Positions 54,905-64,000 of a stretch of DNA of 64,000 nucleotides are shown here, one piece after another. Location: the IMG/VR virus record IMGVR_UViG_3300028883_000036, positions 1 to 64,000 of that record; one strand, written 5' to 3'. The translations under genes and the position numbers were made by a program. The notes beneath the pieces were generated by a model that saw only the letters and a list, made by a program, of their open reading frames with translations, ran no database searches and was not told where the DNA came from. Numbering within the stretch: position 1 is the first letter of the stretch; every line of letters starts with the position of its first letter. The DNA is from a virus.

Positions 54905-55294
54905 CTAATCCTCTTTTGGTGGAATTATACTTTTCTTTGCTCCTGTTTTTTTAGATTTTACTTTTTTCAGCATTTCTTCATGATCATCTTTGCTAATTAC
55001 AGTTCCTTCTAACATTGCTGTTTTAAGAATTACTGCTTTAACTGGATCACTTAATGCATGACACCCACCATCAAATGATACCTCATCAATTTTAAGTCCT
55101 TTAAATCCTTTAACTTTATTTTTTGCAAATTTAACCAAAGTATTTATAGCTTCTTCACTAGTATAAGCAATAATACCAGCAGTATATGCTTGATCTTTAC
55201 TGCTTCCTTTTACATCCATTTCATATCTGATCTTATAAAGACCAATTCCCTTTTCTGTTTTAAAATTATCATTTCTTTCTACATTTTCAATCAT
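54905..55294 (-). CDS. hypothetical protein
   Basis: AAGGAG RBS. Confidence 0.65.
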   Translation of the reverse strand: MIENVERNDNFKTEKGIGLYKIRYEMDVKGSSKDQAYTAGIIAYTSEEAINTLVKFAKNKVKGFKGLKIDEVSFDGGCHALSDPVKAVILKTAMLEGTVISKDDHEEMLKKVKSKKTGAKKSIIPPKED

Positions 55295-55296
55295 TT

Positions 55297-55572
55297 TTAT
55301 TCTCCTTTATCTTCTTCCATATAATCATATATGGGAATATATTCAACACTTCCATAAGATTTACTAATTATCTCATAGTAAGTTATTGGTTGTCCTATTT
55401 CTTTATTTTGCTTCTGACCAATTAGATTTTTTCCATAAAGAAAATAATCACCTATTTCTAAATTATTCATATCAATTTCTTTATCAATTTCTTTTAATCT
55501 AATAAATATTGTTTTTCTCATATCAAACTCCTGTGCTACCAAATCCACATTCAGATCTATTTGTATTTTCAT
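55297..55572 (-). CDS. hypothetical protein
   Basis: ORF overlapping dUTPase 3' end. Confidence 0.5.
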   Translation of the reverse strand: MKIQIDLNVDLVAQEFDMRKTIFIRLKEIDKEIDMNNLEIGDYFLYGKNLIGQKQNKEIGQPITYYEIISKSYGSVEYIPIYDYMEEDKGE

Positions 55573-56575
55573 TAAAACTATCTACTTCTATTATTTTTAC
55601 ATGAACTACTTGTCTAGGAATAGCTTGTAACATTCTAACTGGTAATTCTGGTTCTGGTTTTGATTTATCTATTTTTATCATTGGAGCTAATATTTCACCA
55701 GAATATCCTCTATCTATAATACCAATACTATTAGATAACATATATCCATATTTTGATATAGAACTTCTAGGAACAATATCAACATACCATCCATATGCAG
55801 GTTTTATTTTTATTCCTGTTCCGAACCAATGAATATCACCATCTTCTTTTATTTTTCTATTAAAAGTTAAATCATATCCACAATCGGATGCTCTTTTTTT
55901 GAATGGAATAACAGCATTTTTATGAGTTTTTACTACTCTAAATTCTATAAATTTTTTATTATTTCCTATACCTTTTAATCCAGGCAAATAAGATGCCCAA
56001 TCCAAATATCTATAAAATTTTCTATCCAAATAAATAGAAGCATTATCATATAATAATGACAAGAAATCTAAAGCATTAATACCATAAAATAGTAACTTAT
56101 CATTTATTTTATGTGATTCAATATTTATTTTACTTTGAATACCATATAATAATTTATCAGATTTATTTGTAATTCCACATTCGGGACTATCTCTACCATC
56201 TGTGGTTCTAATATAACCATCTCCATCCATAACCCCTCTAATAAAATGTATTATAAAATCATCTTCAATTTCTGGAAAATCAACTATTTCTGATTTTTTA
56301 CCACAATTTATTTTTAAATGTCTACATACATCCTTAATCATTTCTTTTGATGAAAGAGATATTCCTACTAAATTATTATCTTTTTTATTAATTGGTAATG
56401 AATCACAAATAATATTTCTTATTTTCTCAATTAATGATATATCTTTTTTATTAATATAAATTTGGATAATAGATTCACATATACTTCCATCTGCTGCTAT
56501 AAATCCTAATATATATGCTTTTTCTTCTGAATCTATATTTTTGAAAAAATTTCTATTAGTTATCATTTTTTTCAA
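55523..56575 (-). CDS. LAGLIDADG endonuclease-dUTPase fusion
   Basis: AYILGFIAADG and FIRGVMDGDG; dUTPase motifs GYDL, PRSS, GIIDRGYSGEI, R...GFGSTG. Confidence 0.85.
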   Translation of the reverse strand: MKKMITNRNFFKNIDSEEKAYILGFIAADGSICESIIQIYINKKDISLIEKIRNIICDSLPINKKDNNLVGISLSSKEMIKDVCRHLKINCGKKSEIVDFPEIEDDFIIHFIRGVMDGDGYIRTTDGRDSPECGITNKSDKLLYGIQSKINIESHKINDKLLFYGINALDFLSLLYDNASIYLDRKFYRYLDWASYLPGLKGIGNNKKFIEFRVVKTHKNAVIPFKKRASDCGYDLTFNRKIKEDGDIHWFGTGIKIKPAYGWYVDIVPRSSISKYGYMLSNSIGIIDRGYSGEILAPMIKIDKSKPEPELPVRMLQAIPRQVVHVKIIEVDSFNENTNRSECGFGSTGV

Positions 56576-57681
56576 TTCTTTCCCTTTATTTTCTTTGGTT
56601 CTTCAACTTCAACTTCAGATTCAATCATTTGTTCTGCTCTTTCAACTTCTTCATTATGTGAAGAATATCCTGTATCTTCTAACCATTTATCAAGCATATC
56701 CAAAAAATCATCACCAAGTTCTTCAATAGCTTTTATTGCATTAATTCTACCTTGACCTAACCTTTCATCTCCCATTTTATACCATGCTCCATTCTGTTGA
56801 ACAATATTAGCTTCAATAGCCAAATCAAGTAATCCTGCATATGATTGAACACCATCATTAAAATCAATTTGAACAGTAGCATTTTGAAAAGGTGGATACC
56901 CCCTATTTTTTACTGTACTCGCTATAATTTCATTCCCAACTATAGCACCCCTTTCTTTTCCTTTTTTATTAGGAAATTCATATAATGCTCTTTTAACCAA
57001 AGTAACAAGAATACTTGGTAGAAGTTTCATTGCCTTACCACCACCAATTTTATCTGGATTATATTGATCATTTGGATTTCCATAATAGTGACCAGTACAA
57101 ATACCAACACAATTTTGATTAATACATATATTCAAATATAATTTCAACATTGCTTTAATATCTTTTTGAAGCAATCCTTGATCTTGTTTTACATTACCAT
57201 CTAATGCATCATTATATGCTTTTAATCTATTAAGACCACCAACAGAATCAAGACCAATTATCAATCCTTCTTCTCCTGTTTCCTTTATTTGAGCTAGTAT
57301 TGGCATTACTTCATCAATCCAAGGAGTATAGATATAAAATATATTATTTACATCAAGACCCCATCTTGCACAAAAATCAGCATCACAACCACCTTCAGTA
57401 TCTATAATAATAGGTTTATATCCTTGCTTCTGAGCATTAACCATACATAATACCATAAATGATGATTTAAAAGTATGTTCTGGTCCAATAATTCCCATTA
57501 AATTTCTAGATTTAATTCCACCCCTTAAATTACCACTTAAAATACGATTCAAATCATAACAAGGAGTCATTACTGAAAATCTATCTGCTGCTATGGTTGA
57601 CTCTGACATTATAGAAGCATGAACACCCTTTACTTTTTTATCAATACTTTTTTTCAAATTATTAAAGAAATCATCCATCAA
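56572..57681 (-). CDS. uvsX: UvsX/RecA-like recombinase
   Basis: LN.ILSG, GPEHTFKS, IDTE, DSVG, GGG, KNR, GAWY. Confidence 0.88.
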   Translation of the reverse strand: MMDDFFNNLKKSIDKKVKGVHASIMSESTIAADRFSVMTPCYDLNRILSGNLRGGIKSRNLMGIIGPEHTFKSSFMVLCMVNAQKQGYKPIIIDTEGGCDADFCARWGLDVNNIFYIYTPWIDEVMPILAQIKETGEEGLIIGLDSVGGLNRLKAYNDALDGNVKQDQGLLQKDIKAMLKLYLNICINQNCVGICTGHYYGNPNDQYNPDKIGGGKAMKLLPSILVTLVKRALYEFPNKKGKERGAIVGNEIIASTVKNRGYPPFQNATVQIDFNDGVQSYAGLLDLAIEANIVQQNGAWYKMGDERLGQGRINAIKAIEELGDDFLDMLDKWLEDTGYSSHNEEVERAEQMIESEVEVEEPKKIKGKN

Positions 57682-57824
57682 TTATCTCCTTTATTAATTC
57701 CCATTTTGCTTCGCATCCATCAAGTATACATTTTATGGGCTTAATATCATTCCCAACTTTTATTTCACATTGTATATTATTATTACAATTTTTTTCTTTA
57801 CAAATAAATATTTTATAATCTTGA

Positions 57825-58082
57825 TTATTCATTTATTTCCTTCACTGAAATAAAATTTGAAAATGCTACCTTTACAAAAATATAATCTTTATAATCATAA
57901 AATATAAGGATATTGCCATCTATTTTACAATAACGAGATTCAATTACTTCTTCAATTACTTCTTCCCATTGTTTTTCTTTTTCTTTATCATATTTAACTT
58001 CATAATATTTAACTTTAAATTTTTTCATAATCATCTTTGTCATGATACATCTCCTTAATATATTTATAATATTTTTACCCAC
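57825..58082 (-). CDS. hypothetical protein
   Basis: AAGGAG RBS before internal Met. Confidence 0.5.
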   Translation of the reverse strand: MGKNIINILRRCIMTKMIMKKFKVKYYEVKYDKEKEKQWEEVIEEVIESRYCKIDGNILIFYDYKDYIFVKVAFSNFISVKEINE

Positions 58083-58414
58083 TTATTATCTTTCTTACCT
58101 TCTATTTTAAGATTATTAGATTTTATTTGTTCTTCTACCATTTCATCAATAGATTTTCCATTCATTACCTGATAGACCATCATAGAATGCCATAATTTAA
58201 ATTTAGGATGTTTAATCAAACCATCAAATGCTTCCTTGATATTTGCTTTTCTTTCACGATTTGATTGACCAGTAGCCATAGCACCCGATTCTTTATGATG
58301 TATTCTTACACAATTTTGATGTTTATTTCTATATTGCCCACCTGCTCCTTTACCAGAAAAATATTCAATATTTAAATTTTTTTTAGTTACTGAAAATAAT
58401 AATTCTTTTTTCAT
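58064..58414 (-). CDS. class I release-factor-like GGQ-domain protein (ArfB/PrfH-like)
   Basis: SGKGAGGQYRNK...VRIHH.ESG......R...N. Confidence 0.85.
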   Translation of the reverse strand: MKKELLFSVTKKNLNIEYFSGKGAGGQYRNKHQNCVRIHHKESGAMATGQSNRERKANIKEAFDGLIKHPKFKLWHSMMVYQVMNGKSIDEMVEEQIKSNNLKIEGKKDNKWVKIL

Positions 58415-58448
58415 TTTTTATTTTTCTCCATATGATAAATTCCAATTA

Positions 58449-61400
58449 TCATATAATTACCCTTGAATATCCATCTTCTTTTATTACTTTATATTGATTA
58501 TCAATTAATTCAGCATCAATTTCTTGTCTATGAGATATAATAAAAACTTTTTTATTAGATTCATTTTGTTTCGTTTTTATAATCTTCATAATTTGATCCA
58601 TACCAATACCATCAATAGAGCTATCTAATAATTCATCTAAAATTAAAATATCTGGAAAAAGACCACTTTGAACTTGTGCAATATCTAATAATGAAAGTTG
58701 TAAAGCAATATCAATACCCCTTCTTTCTCCCCCACTTAATGAATCATATGTTGCATTTCTTATTCCTGGTCCTTTAATCTCAACATCTAACCATTTATCT
58801 ATATTAACATAAAATCCATAATTTACTTCTGATAAATAATAATTTGTTTGTTTATTTAAAAAAGGCATTATTTGTTTTATAGTAAATTGTTTTATATTTT
58901 CATCTTTGAGGATATACTTGATAGAATTCAAATAGTCAACAATATTATTAAGTTTAATTTTATTATCTTTTAATTCTTTTACATTTTCTTTTATTTTAAA
59001 TATTTTTTCATTTTGTTCTTTAATCATTTCTTTCAATGATTTCACATGTCTTTTAACTTCTTCTACTTGTGATTTCTTTATATCAAGTTCTTTTTCTTTA
59101 GCTTTTATTATAGAATGTTCTCTATTTAAATCAGTTAATCTATTATCCAATGCTTTTATTTTATTATTATGTTCTATTTGATTTTTTTTAAATATTTCTA
59201 CAGCATCCATTCGATTTTGAGCTATTAAACTTTTTGATTCAATTAGCTCATCTTTATTTTTTTCAGAATCAACATCTTTGATTTTACTTCTTAAATCATT
59301 CAATGTATCTTTAGTTTTATGAAGCACTTTAATTTTATTTTCATAAGTTTCTGTTTCTTTTTGATATTTTGTTGAATTTTTATCATAATCATCATATTCT
59401 TTTTGAACAACAATAATTCTTTTTTTAATAGATGTTATATCTTTCTTATGATGTTTTATTGGATCTTTAACATCCTGCCCACATGTAGGACATTTACCTT
59501 CAGCTAACAAAGCAAGTCCTTCTTCATTTTTTTTCAAATCAGCTTTAAGATTTGCTAATTCCTTATATAATTTTAATTTTGATAAATTAACATCATTCAA
59601 TGATTTCTTATAACTTTCCAATTTTTTTCCAGCAATATCAATATCATTAATAATATTATCAATATCTCCTGTTTTTTCTATAATATTATCAATACTTTTT
59701 TGAATTTTTTTATTTATTTTTCTTTGTTCTTCTAAATCATCTATGGCTTTTATTTCTTTTTCTATTTGTTTACATCGTGTATCTTCACTTGCTAAATATT
59801 TTTCATGTTTAATTTGAACAATAGAAAAATCCTTTTCCCTTTGTCTGATTTCATTATTAGTGTTTACAATCTTTATATCCAAATCAGGATTATCTTCTTT
59901 GAGTTTATCTATTTTTTCTTGAATCTCATCTACCCCTTCTATGGATTCTTTTTTACTTTTTATTTCAGTATGAAATTTATTTTTTAATACTTTAGATGAT
60001 TCTATATTATCATTTCCTGAATTTATATCAGTATCAATTTTATATTTCTTATTTTCTATTTCCCTAAGTTTTTCATTACATAATTTATTCATATCAGAAT
60101 AAATAATAAGTCCAAACATTCTTTCAAGAAATGCTCTCTTTTCAGGTTTTTTCATATTCATTATATTAGCTGAACTATTAACATTAGAATGAATTAAACT
60201 CATAAACATTTTTACATCCATTCCAAATATATTTTCAAACATAGACTGATAATCTGTTTTATGAGCATCTTGATCTAATAAATCACCATTTTTATATATT
60301 TCAAGTGAATTGGGTTTAAGTTTTCTATTGATTTCATATATATCATCATTTATTTTAAATCTAAATACTACCTGACAATTCTTTTTATTTTTCCAATTTA
60401 CTATTTGATTTTGTTTTATATCTCTTGCAGTTTTACCAAATAAAGCAAATGGTATAGTCTCAAGAAAAGAACTTTTACCTGCTCCATTGGATTTTCCTTT
60501 ATCTTTATCAATTCCAGTTACAAAATTAACACCATTATGTAATGGTATTTCTTGCCATTTACTACCAAATGATAAAAAGTTTTGAAACCCAATATCAATA
60601 CATTCAATTTTAGTTCCTTCAGCAATTTTTATATTAGATTTAGAATCTCCTGCTTCTTTCATTAATTTTTTAAATATATTTTTTAATAATTTAATATCAG
60701 TATTAGTTGAAAATGTTTGAGTTTCAATATATTGATCTACAATCTTTTCTTTACTATCCATTTCAACACATTCATCTTCAGTAACTTCTTCTTCTGATTT
60801 TAAATTAGTAAAATTGACTGAATATAAAAATGGTTTACATTTTAAAATATTATCAACAATTTCTTGATTAGCATTAGTTCCGAAATCTTTAGTAAATATT
60901 ATTTTAACAATATTATCTTTTATTTCATTTTCATTTAATGGTTCAGAATTTGTATATATTTTTACAAATTTAGGAGCATCTTTATATTCTATAAATGTAA
61001 GTTTACCATCTTCAAATATATGATATCCTCTTACTCCACCAGCATCATGAAAAGTTTGCCCATAAGGAGCACCCAAATAAGTTATATTATATTTACTTGA
61101 TGGAGTATGAAAATGCCCACTTAAAACTTTATCAAAATCCTTAAATGTTACTTTATCTAACCCATCTTTGCATTTATATGAATCATTCATATGAAATCCA
61201 TTAATAGCAAAATGACCAAAACAATATTTACTATTTTGAGTACTTGAAGGTATTTCCCCCCAAGGAACTAATAATATATCATCCAATTTAGTTATTTCAT
61301 CAATAATTGATATATTATTATATTCTTTAAATAATTCTAATGTATTAGGTTGAATTTGATTTTTATAGTAGCAATCATGATTTCCTACTATAATATAACT

Positions 61401-61634
61401 GTGAAGATTTTTTGCATGTTGCAGAATTTTTGCAATTCTATGTGCAGTATGTTGTGTTTTTGTATTAAGACTTTTTCTATTATTAAAAAAATCCCCTAAA
61501 TGAATAAGTTGTGTAATATTGTTTTTAATACAATATTTTACAATATGTTTATAAAAATTAAGGACTATATTCAACCAAGCATCTGCATCAGAATATAATC
61601 CTAAATGAGTATCGCTTACAATTAATCTTTTCAC
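58449..61634 (-). CDS. fused gp47 (Mre11/SbcD nuclease) - gp46 (Rad50/SbcC ATPase)
   Basis: SDTHLG, LGDFF, GNHD, GHFH; then FQNFLSFG, NGAGKSS, CPTCG hook, LSGGE, LDE; GTG start. Confidence 0.9.
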   Translation of the reverse strand: MKRLIVSDTHLGLYSDADAWLNIVLNFYKHIVKYCIKNNITQLIHLGDFFNNRKSLNTKTQHTAHRIAKILQHAKNLHSYIIVGNHDCYYKNQIQPNTLELFKEYNNISIIDEITKLDDILLVPWGEIPSSTQNSKYCFGHFAINGFHMNDSYKCKDGLDKVTFKDFDKVLSGHFHTPSSKYNITYLGAPYGQTFHDAGGVRGYHIFEDGKLTFIEYKDAPKFVKIYTNSEPLNENEIKDNIVKIIFTKDFGTNANQEIVDNILKCKPFLYSVNFTNLKSEEEVTEDECVEMDSKEKIVDQYIETQTFSTNTDIKLLKNIFKKLMKEAGDSKSNIKIAEGTKIECIDIGFQNFLSFGSKWQEIPLHNGVNFVTGIDKDKGKSNGAGKSSFLETIPFALFGKTARDIKQNQIVNWKNKKNCQVVFRFKINDDIYEINRKLKPNSLEIYKNGDLLDQDAHKTDYQSMFENIFGMDVKMFMSLIHSNVNSSANIMNMKKPEKRAFLERMFGLIIYSDMNKLCNEKLREIENKKYKIDTDINSGNDNIESSKVLKNKFHTEIKSKKESIEGVDEIQEKIDKLKEDNPDLDIKIVNTNNEIRQREKDFSIVQIKHEKYLASEDTRCKQIEKEIKAIDDLEEQRKINKKIQKSIDNIIEKTGDIDNIINDIDIAGKKLESYKKSLNDVNLSKLKLYKELANLKADLKKNEEGLALLAEGKCPTCGQDVKDPIKHHKKDITSIKKRIIVVQKEYDDYDKNSTKYQKETETYENKIKVLHKTKDTLNDLRSKIKDVDSEKNKDELIESKSLIAQNRMDAVEIFKKNQIEHNNKIKALDNRLTDLNREHSIIKAKEKELDIKKSQVEEVKRHVKSLKEMIKEQNEKIFKIKENVKELKDNKIKLNNIVDYLNSIKYILKDENIKQFTIKQIMPFLNKQTNYYLSEVNYGFYVNIDKWLDVEIKGPGIRNATYDSLSGGERRGIDIALQLSLLDIAQVQSGLFPDILILDELLDSSIDGIGMDQIMKIIKTKQNESNKKVFIISHRQEIDAELIDNQYKVIKEDGYSRVII

Positions 61635-61649
61635 AAATTACCCCTTTTT

Positions 61650-62093
61650 TTATTTTTTTACTTTTTTCTTCTTTTTCTTATTCCCCCTGATTTGTTGATA
61701 ATCAATTCCACATATTTCAAAAAAAGACCAATCATCTGTAGAGTTTTCATCAGGAGTTATAAAATCTATATTTTTATAACAAATATCTTTTATCTTAGAA
61801 TGTTTCTTTTGTTTAGATATATAATTCAAGAACGAATTATGTATAATTCTACTAAAATATGCAAATGGATTTGGATTATCAATTGTTATATCAAAATTAT
61901 GCATATACTTTAAACATGTGAGTACAGCTTCACATATCATATCTTCTTTCCATGAATATCCAGCAAAACTTCCTCTATCAGAATACTTTTTAGCTAAAAG
62001 CAATAACATTCTACCAAGTTCTTCAGTTTGAATCTCATCTTCTACATATATTTTTATTTCTCTTAATAATTTTTCATTGTTAATATAATTCAT
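61650..62093 (-). CDS. 55: T4 gp55-like late-transcription sigma factor
   Basis: YINNEKL, F.GYSW.EDMI..A...C..Y..NFD, NPFAYF..I..NSF...I.K.KK; upstream of 47/46 as in T4. Confidence 0.88.
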   Translation of the reverse strand: MNYINNEKLLREIKIYVEDEIQTEELGRMLLLLAKKYSDRGSFAGYSWKEDMICEAVLTCLKYMHNFDITIDNPNPFAYFSRIIHNSFLNYISKQKKHSKIKDICYKNIDFITPDENSTDDWSFFEICGIDYQQIRGNKKKKKKVKK

Positions 62094-62115
62094 AAATTCT
62101 CACTTTTTTAATTTC

Positions 62116-62145
62116 ATTATAACACACTTTCAATTCAATTGTTAA
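62116..62145 (-). promoter_or_regulatory. sigma70-type promoter for gp55 operon
   Basis: TTAACA-18-TATAAT with extended TG. Confidence 0.55.
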
Positions 62146-62152
62146 CTAATTT

Positions 62153-62455
62153 TTAAGAATATCTTACTGCTCCATGAATATTTGTTGCCCATACATCACT
62201 AAATCTATAATTCACTGAACCTAAACTTCTTGTATCATCTACATCAGGACCATCATCTACATTTCCACATAAAGGTCTTAACCACTTTGAATTATTATGA
62301 AAGAACATTTTATATCCCCCATATTGATCTGTAGCACCATTAATACTTGTAGACGTATTGTAAATTATTCTTCTTTCACTTGAAGCAGCAGCAGCAGGAG
62401 CAGATGCTTGTTCCATGAAATATTTTCCCTTCATTGTAATACCATGATTTTCCAT
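62153..62455 (-). CDS. small tail-fibre-related protein
   Basis: P..DDTRSLGS..YRF..VWA motif seen in fibre/spike proteins. Confidence 0.5.
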   Translation of the reverse strand: MENHGITMKGKYFMEQASAPAAAASSERRIIYNTSTSINGATDQYGGYKMFFHNNSKWLRPLCGNVDDGPDVDDTRSLGSVNYRFSDVWATNIHGAVRYS

Positions 62456-62793
62456 TATTTTTCCCCCTTATCAGATAATTTTCTTTCCAATTCTCTTTTC
62501 ATATCTGATAAAAATGAATTGGATTCAAATAATTTAATTTTTATAGCTTCAAATTTCTTTTTATTTAATTTTTTTATTTTTTCCTCTATATCATTATTTT
62601 CAAATGTAAACCCAACTTTAGTTTTTCTACCTAATAATATATTTATATCATCCATAATATTAATAACTTCATTTTTAATACCATATTTTTCTTCAATTTT
62701 ATGAACTAGTTCTTCTTTGGAATTTTCAACAATTCCAACATTAAGTTTTCTAAAATCTTCTATATCAGAATCTATGAATGATTTAAATTTCAT
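62455..62793 (-). CDS. hypothetical protein
   Basis: TAATG coupling. Confidence 0.6.
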   Translation of the reverse strand: MKFKSFIDSDIEDFRKLNVGIVENSKEELVHKIEEKYGIKNEVINIMDDINILLGRKTKVGFTFENNDIEEKIKKLNKKKFEAIKIKLFESNSFLSDMKRELERKLSDKGEK

Positions 62794-63998
62794 TATATGC
62801 CTAATAATACTTATATTTTTTATTCAATTACATCAAAATCTTCTATTGTAGCATTTAAATTATTATTAGCAGAATTATTATTTAAACCCCACACTTGAAT
62901 ATATCGTTGATTAGTAGCTGTCATATCTGCCGCATATTTAATATCTACATCTTTAACTGTAACTCCTTCAAATGATCCTGTTTTTACAGTACCAGTTAAT
63001 CTACCATAAGCAGGTGAACCACCATCATGATCAAAAAATAAACTAACATAATATTTTGTTCCTACAGAATATGCATATGAAGTTGATACCCCACCACCAG
63101 AAGAAGGATAATTTAATCTAATATTAAGATTACTACTTAAAATAGAAACTTCAACACCTGCAAAACCACCACTACCATGATAATTATTATATCCCCCTAT
63201 ATTAGTCGTTACACCAGCTAAAACACAAGCTAAAGTACCATCAACAGAAGATATTGTAAAAGAAAATTTTAATGTAAAATCACCAGTAAAATAACCTGCC
63301 CCTTTATCTAAATAAGCATATCCTTCACCTAAAGCATCAGCATCAGGACCAATAGTTGCTGTAGTAGATGTTAAAGATAATAAATTATTACTATCAACTT
63401 CTGTAAATGTAGTAAAATCAAGTCCAGCAGCAGCACTTGCACTTTCAGAGCTTGAACTTGTAGAGCTTGAAGAACTTTCAGAGCTTGAAGATTTAGAGCT
63501 TGAAGATTTAGAGCTTGAACTTGAACTTCCAGAGCTTGAACTTGAAGATTCAGAGCTTGAACTTGAAGATTTAGAGCTTGAAGAACTTGAGCTTGAAGAA
63601 CTATTTATACCATAAAGTTCAATTTCACCTATTTTAATTCCACTTGTTCCAGGTGTTAAAGTAGCAACATGTTCTATATCATCATATCTTACTTTAAACC
63701 ATGTTCCACTTACAGCAACCCCACAAGTTTGATTAACTGGTATTGATCCTGTTGTTGCAAGAGATACATGAAATCCCCATTGTCCTTCTGCATATTGATG
63801 TAATGTTGGATTAACAACTGTTTTAACAAGAGTCCAATTAGAATTATTATCTGAAGTATAAAATTCAAATGTTCCTGCACTTGGAACCCATGCAGAAGGA
63901 ATTAATGAATCATTTGTATTACCATAAACTTTAACTTTTGTTAGAGCTTGTTGTGAACCTAATTCTATACCATATGAATATTCATCTCTCCAATAAGT
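62793..63998 (-). CDS. large virion/fibre-like protein, C-terminal part (discoidin-like domain, poly-Ser linker, lectin-like domain)
   Basis: frame read at window edge: IELGSQQALTKVKVYG...FEFYTSDNNSNWTLV, ~50-residue Ser tract; absent from ORF track because start lies outside window. Confidence 0.65.
63435..63603 (-). repeat. low-complexity Ser-coding repeat
   Basis: degenerate GAGCTTGAA/CTTGAA repeats (TCAAGCTCT on coding strand). Confidence 0.8.
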
Positions 63999-64000
63999 TC

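Noticed and set aside
55523-56575. Intein in dUTPase
   Set aside because: The endonuclease is N-terminal, the dUTPase is uninterrupted, and no splice-junction residues are present.
1-64000. Genome-wide TAG reassignment (code 15) suggested by the CUA tRNA
   Set aside because: Conserved genes are intact under code 11 and TAG ends genes at expected C-termini (e.g. rtcB); in-frame TAGs were found only in the amber cassette.

Overview
AT-rich segment of a large T4-like (Tevenvirinae-like or jumbo) dsDNA phage using genetic code 11. The host is probably a Gram-negative anaerobe, inferred from sigma54 promoters, a prepilin, an outer-membrane beta-barrel and a DUF5320-like peptide. 1-11.7 kb (minus): eight tRNAs, ncRNAs and RNA/translation accessory genes (DUF2828 Ro60/TROVE-like protein, SpoU methylase, PurA-like + vWA, YqeY, HAD phosphatase, PNK-like kinase). 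12-32.5 kb (plus): small early genes, DUF262, RNA ligase, nucleotidyltransferase, SLT, mini-pilin, RtcB, an amber cassette, tRNA-Tyr and a helicase/repeat-protein/methylase cassette. 32.5-64 kb (minus): ThyA-like gene, a ~20 kb glycosyl/sulfo/methyl/acetyl-transferase cluster with SqdB, a LAGLIDADG-dUTPase fusion, UvsX, a GGQ release-factor-like protein, fused gp47-gp46, gp55 and a partial Ser-rich fibre-like gene. Three candidate new systems stand out. (1) An amber-readthrough cassette: leader ORF MMPFQ-UAG-IVRGPP, an unknown ORF, a Pth2-like gene interrupted by an in-frame UAG, and a CUA suppressor tRNA. (2) A DUF2828 Ro60-like gene with six Y-RNA-like RCAGCAA stem RNAs; one carries a complete permuted tRNA mimic and three carry anticodon-loop mimics. 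(3) Two sigma54 promoters with matching tandem upstream activator palindromes. All protein family calls come from motif recognition, not database searches.
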